A stretch of 64,000 bases of DNA from the human T2T-CHM13v2.0 reference genome, Homo sapiens, in the NCBI RefSeq assembly GCF_009914755.1, contig NC_060932.1; one strand, given 5' to 3'. This document shows, one piece after another, positions 61,736 through 64,000 of the stretch. Within the stretch, counting starts at the first letter, position 1; each line of letters begins with the position of its first letter. The translations under genes and the position numbers were made by a program. The notes beneath the pieces were generated by a model, which searched no databases, was not told the DNA's origin, and was given only the letters and a program-made list of their open reading frames with translations.

Positions 61736-62181
61736 TTTCTCACTTCCAGGTTGTCCCTTCTGGTTGATATGTCCTTTACCTTTTCTTCACTAGAAAATTC
61801 CTACTCACATTCAAAATTCAATTTAAATATCTCTTTATTACTCATGTCCTGTTCCACATCTCTGAGCAGGGTTATCTGCTTCCTCCGTTTTGCAGAGTTA
61901 TGTTTTCATGATGCATTAAATAGCATACCCCTATTGGCTTATAATTAATTGTTTATGTAGCTCTTACAGTACCTTTGGAGTTCTCTGAGCTGTTTATCCT
62001 GGTAACCCTGACACATAAACATAGTGCTTGCCATATAGTAGGTGCTAAACAAATCTTGTCTAATTGAATTCAGGTACCTTGTAACCTCATAATTTGCAAA
62101 CCGTTAATTTAAATGACTTCAGATTATTCTTCCTTTCTTAACTTCTATTACTATAGAATGTGCCATCAAAATACCAAGGTC

Positions 62182-62445
62182 ACTGAGGTGGGAGGATCAC
62201 TTGAGCTCATGAGTTTGAGACCAGCCTGTGCAACATGGCAAAATCCCATCTCCACAAAAAATGCAAAAATTAGCCAGGCATGGTGGCTGGTGCCTGTAGT
62301 CCCAGCTACTCAAAAGGCTGAGATCAGAGGATGGCTTGAGCCCAGGAGGCAGAGGTTGCAGTGAGCCAACAACCAAGATCACGCCACTGTACTCCAGCCT
62401 GGATGATAGAGCCAAATCTTGTCTCAAAAAAGAAAAAAAAAAAAA
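62182..62445 (+). mobile_element. AluJ, 5'-truncated
   Basis: ggaggatcacttgagc and aggatggcttgagcccagg are J-type; poly(A); near-TSD aaaataccaaggt / aaaataacaagat. Confidence 0.93.
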
Positions 62446-64000
62446 TAACAAGATAAGCATCCTGCAAAGTTAGTGTTCTTACGGCCTTCATGTATATAGT
62501 TGCTTCCTTTATAATTTTATCTTGTAAACAACTGCTAAACATAATATTAAAAAAAAAACCCTTGCCTATTAAAAAACTTCTGTTAGCTCTTTCCTCCACA
62601 CTGCACCAAACTTTTCTACTTATTTTCTAAAAAATATCCTGTCTTATTTAACGTATGCAAAACTGCCTTTTCCACTCTTGGCTCTCATCTTCAATGGTAT
62701 CACATCATTACCTATGGACCACGGACCAGCACAACCACTGACTTATGTTGGTTTCCTCGCTAAAGGTTGAAAGAGGCTAGGATTATCATGATCAAATATT
62801 AAGTGAACAGAATGATGACAGGATTCGGTTCCATGGGAAAATTTTTACTTGGGACAAAATTGTTCTCAGAACTGAAGGTATTGCCTAAGTCAGTTATGTT
62901 TACTTCAGACTCAAATCAATGTTTTGTGTTTACCTGAGCCTTGGTTACATGTAGAAAAAGTGCTATAAAGCTCTTATTGTAAATACAGTCAGTGTGCAGG
63001 GCCACTCTCTGAGATGCCCCTCGGTCCTCAGCATAACACCTGGGGGAGTGGTAAACATTTGTCAATGTTTGGTGACTGACTTGATAGATCTTGTTAAACC
63101 TCACCATCAAACATCTGAATTATTGAACAAGCTTCTCAAAGCTTTCATTCTCAAAGAAGAAACAAAAGAAAAACAGATGTAAAGAAATTTCAAATTGTAC
63201 AATGTTCTGGTTGTCAAATTTAAATAGGGATCCTGTGTAATGGAGAGGCTGGCTGGTGCCAATTTCACATTTTGTTCTTTGGTATCTGGTCAAAGCCTGA
63301 TCTGCCACAGAGCTGACAAACTGAGAGCGCTCCATGCTCCACAGGCACATGGGAATATTCTACTTTTCTCAGTGTTTCCACACTACATAGGTCAAGGACT
63401 ACATTCACAGTGAAAAGAGTTAAGAGTAATCATCAGCAGAGAGTTTCTTCCATTTTCAAGGTGGCCACATTAGAGTCTGGTTTAGTCAATACTGCCTCTA
63501 AAATAGATTATGTATTAAAATGAGAAATCTATCACCTAATATGGCCAGAGAGATTAAGGGAGTTGGACCAGCTGACCGCAAGAGACACCTTTAATTCAAA
63601 ACCTAAACCACGAACACAGTGATTGTGATTGAGGAGCTTTACAGCACATAAGGGATTCAAAAAGCATATTAATCCACCTCCAGTAACACTGCCAATTTAA
63701 AAGGATGATTAACCTTCTCTCCCACTTGATTCAACCTGGCATATGTATTATTCCACTCTAACTGCTAGCAGACCCCATGCTTATGGCTTCCATTAGGTAG
63801 CATTTAGTATCCATGAAAACTTTCTTCAAGAAGTAATTACTTTTGAGACCATAGGCATTTCAGATGGGAAAAGAGAAAAAGAAAAGAGGTACAAGTAGAG
63901 GAAACTAGGAAAGAGGAAAATACCAAGAAAATGTGGGCAGGCTGATTCAAAAAGGTAATATAAAGGTAATTTAAGTAATATTAGATGAGCATATGTTCTG

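Noticed and set aside
63120-63360. Minus-strand FPCACG ... LTTRTLY, like SERINC exon 2
   Set aside because: Wrong spacing, in-frame stop and no acceptor; may be a non-coding element but this cannot be shown here

Overview
AT-rich primate (probably human) genomic DNA dominated by transposable elements: L1PA, L1PB and L1M LINEs, L2, MIR, five Alus, MaLR/ERVL/ERV1 LTRs, Tigger4, Charlie1 and MADE1, plus many microsatellites. I see no intact multi-exon protein-coding gene. The main non-repeat signal is a 170-bp minus-strand exon (40391-40560) with intact splice sites and an open, ungapped frame encoding a SERINC (serine incorporator) transmembrane segment. It matches none of SERINC1-5 as I recall them and looks like a relic of an extra paralog. 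A full-length L1PA3/4 lies 1.5 kb upstream on that strand, and its antisense ORF0 splice donor is in frame with the exon. Other notable items are a 3-kb composite insertion between 23-bp direct repeats (containing LTR12 and an apparently spliced L1PB 5'UTR), a MER41 LTR with three GAS motifs, and several fold-back/template-switch palindromes. Repeat subfamily names and protein comparisons come from recalled consensus sequences, not from a database search.
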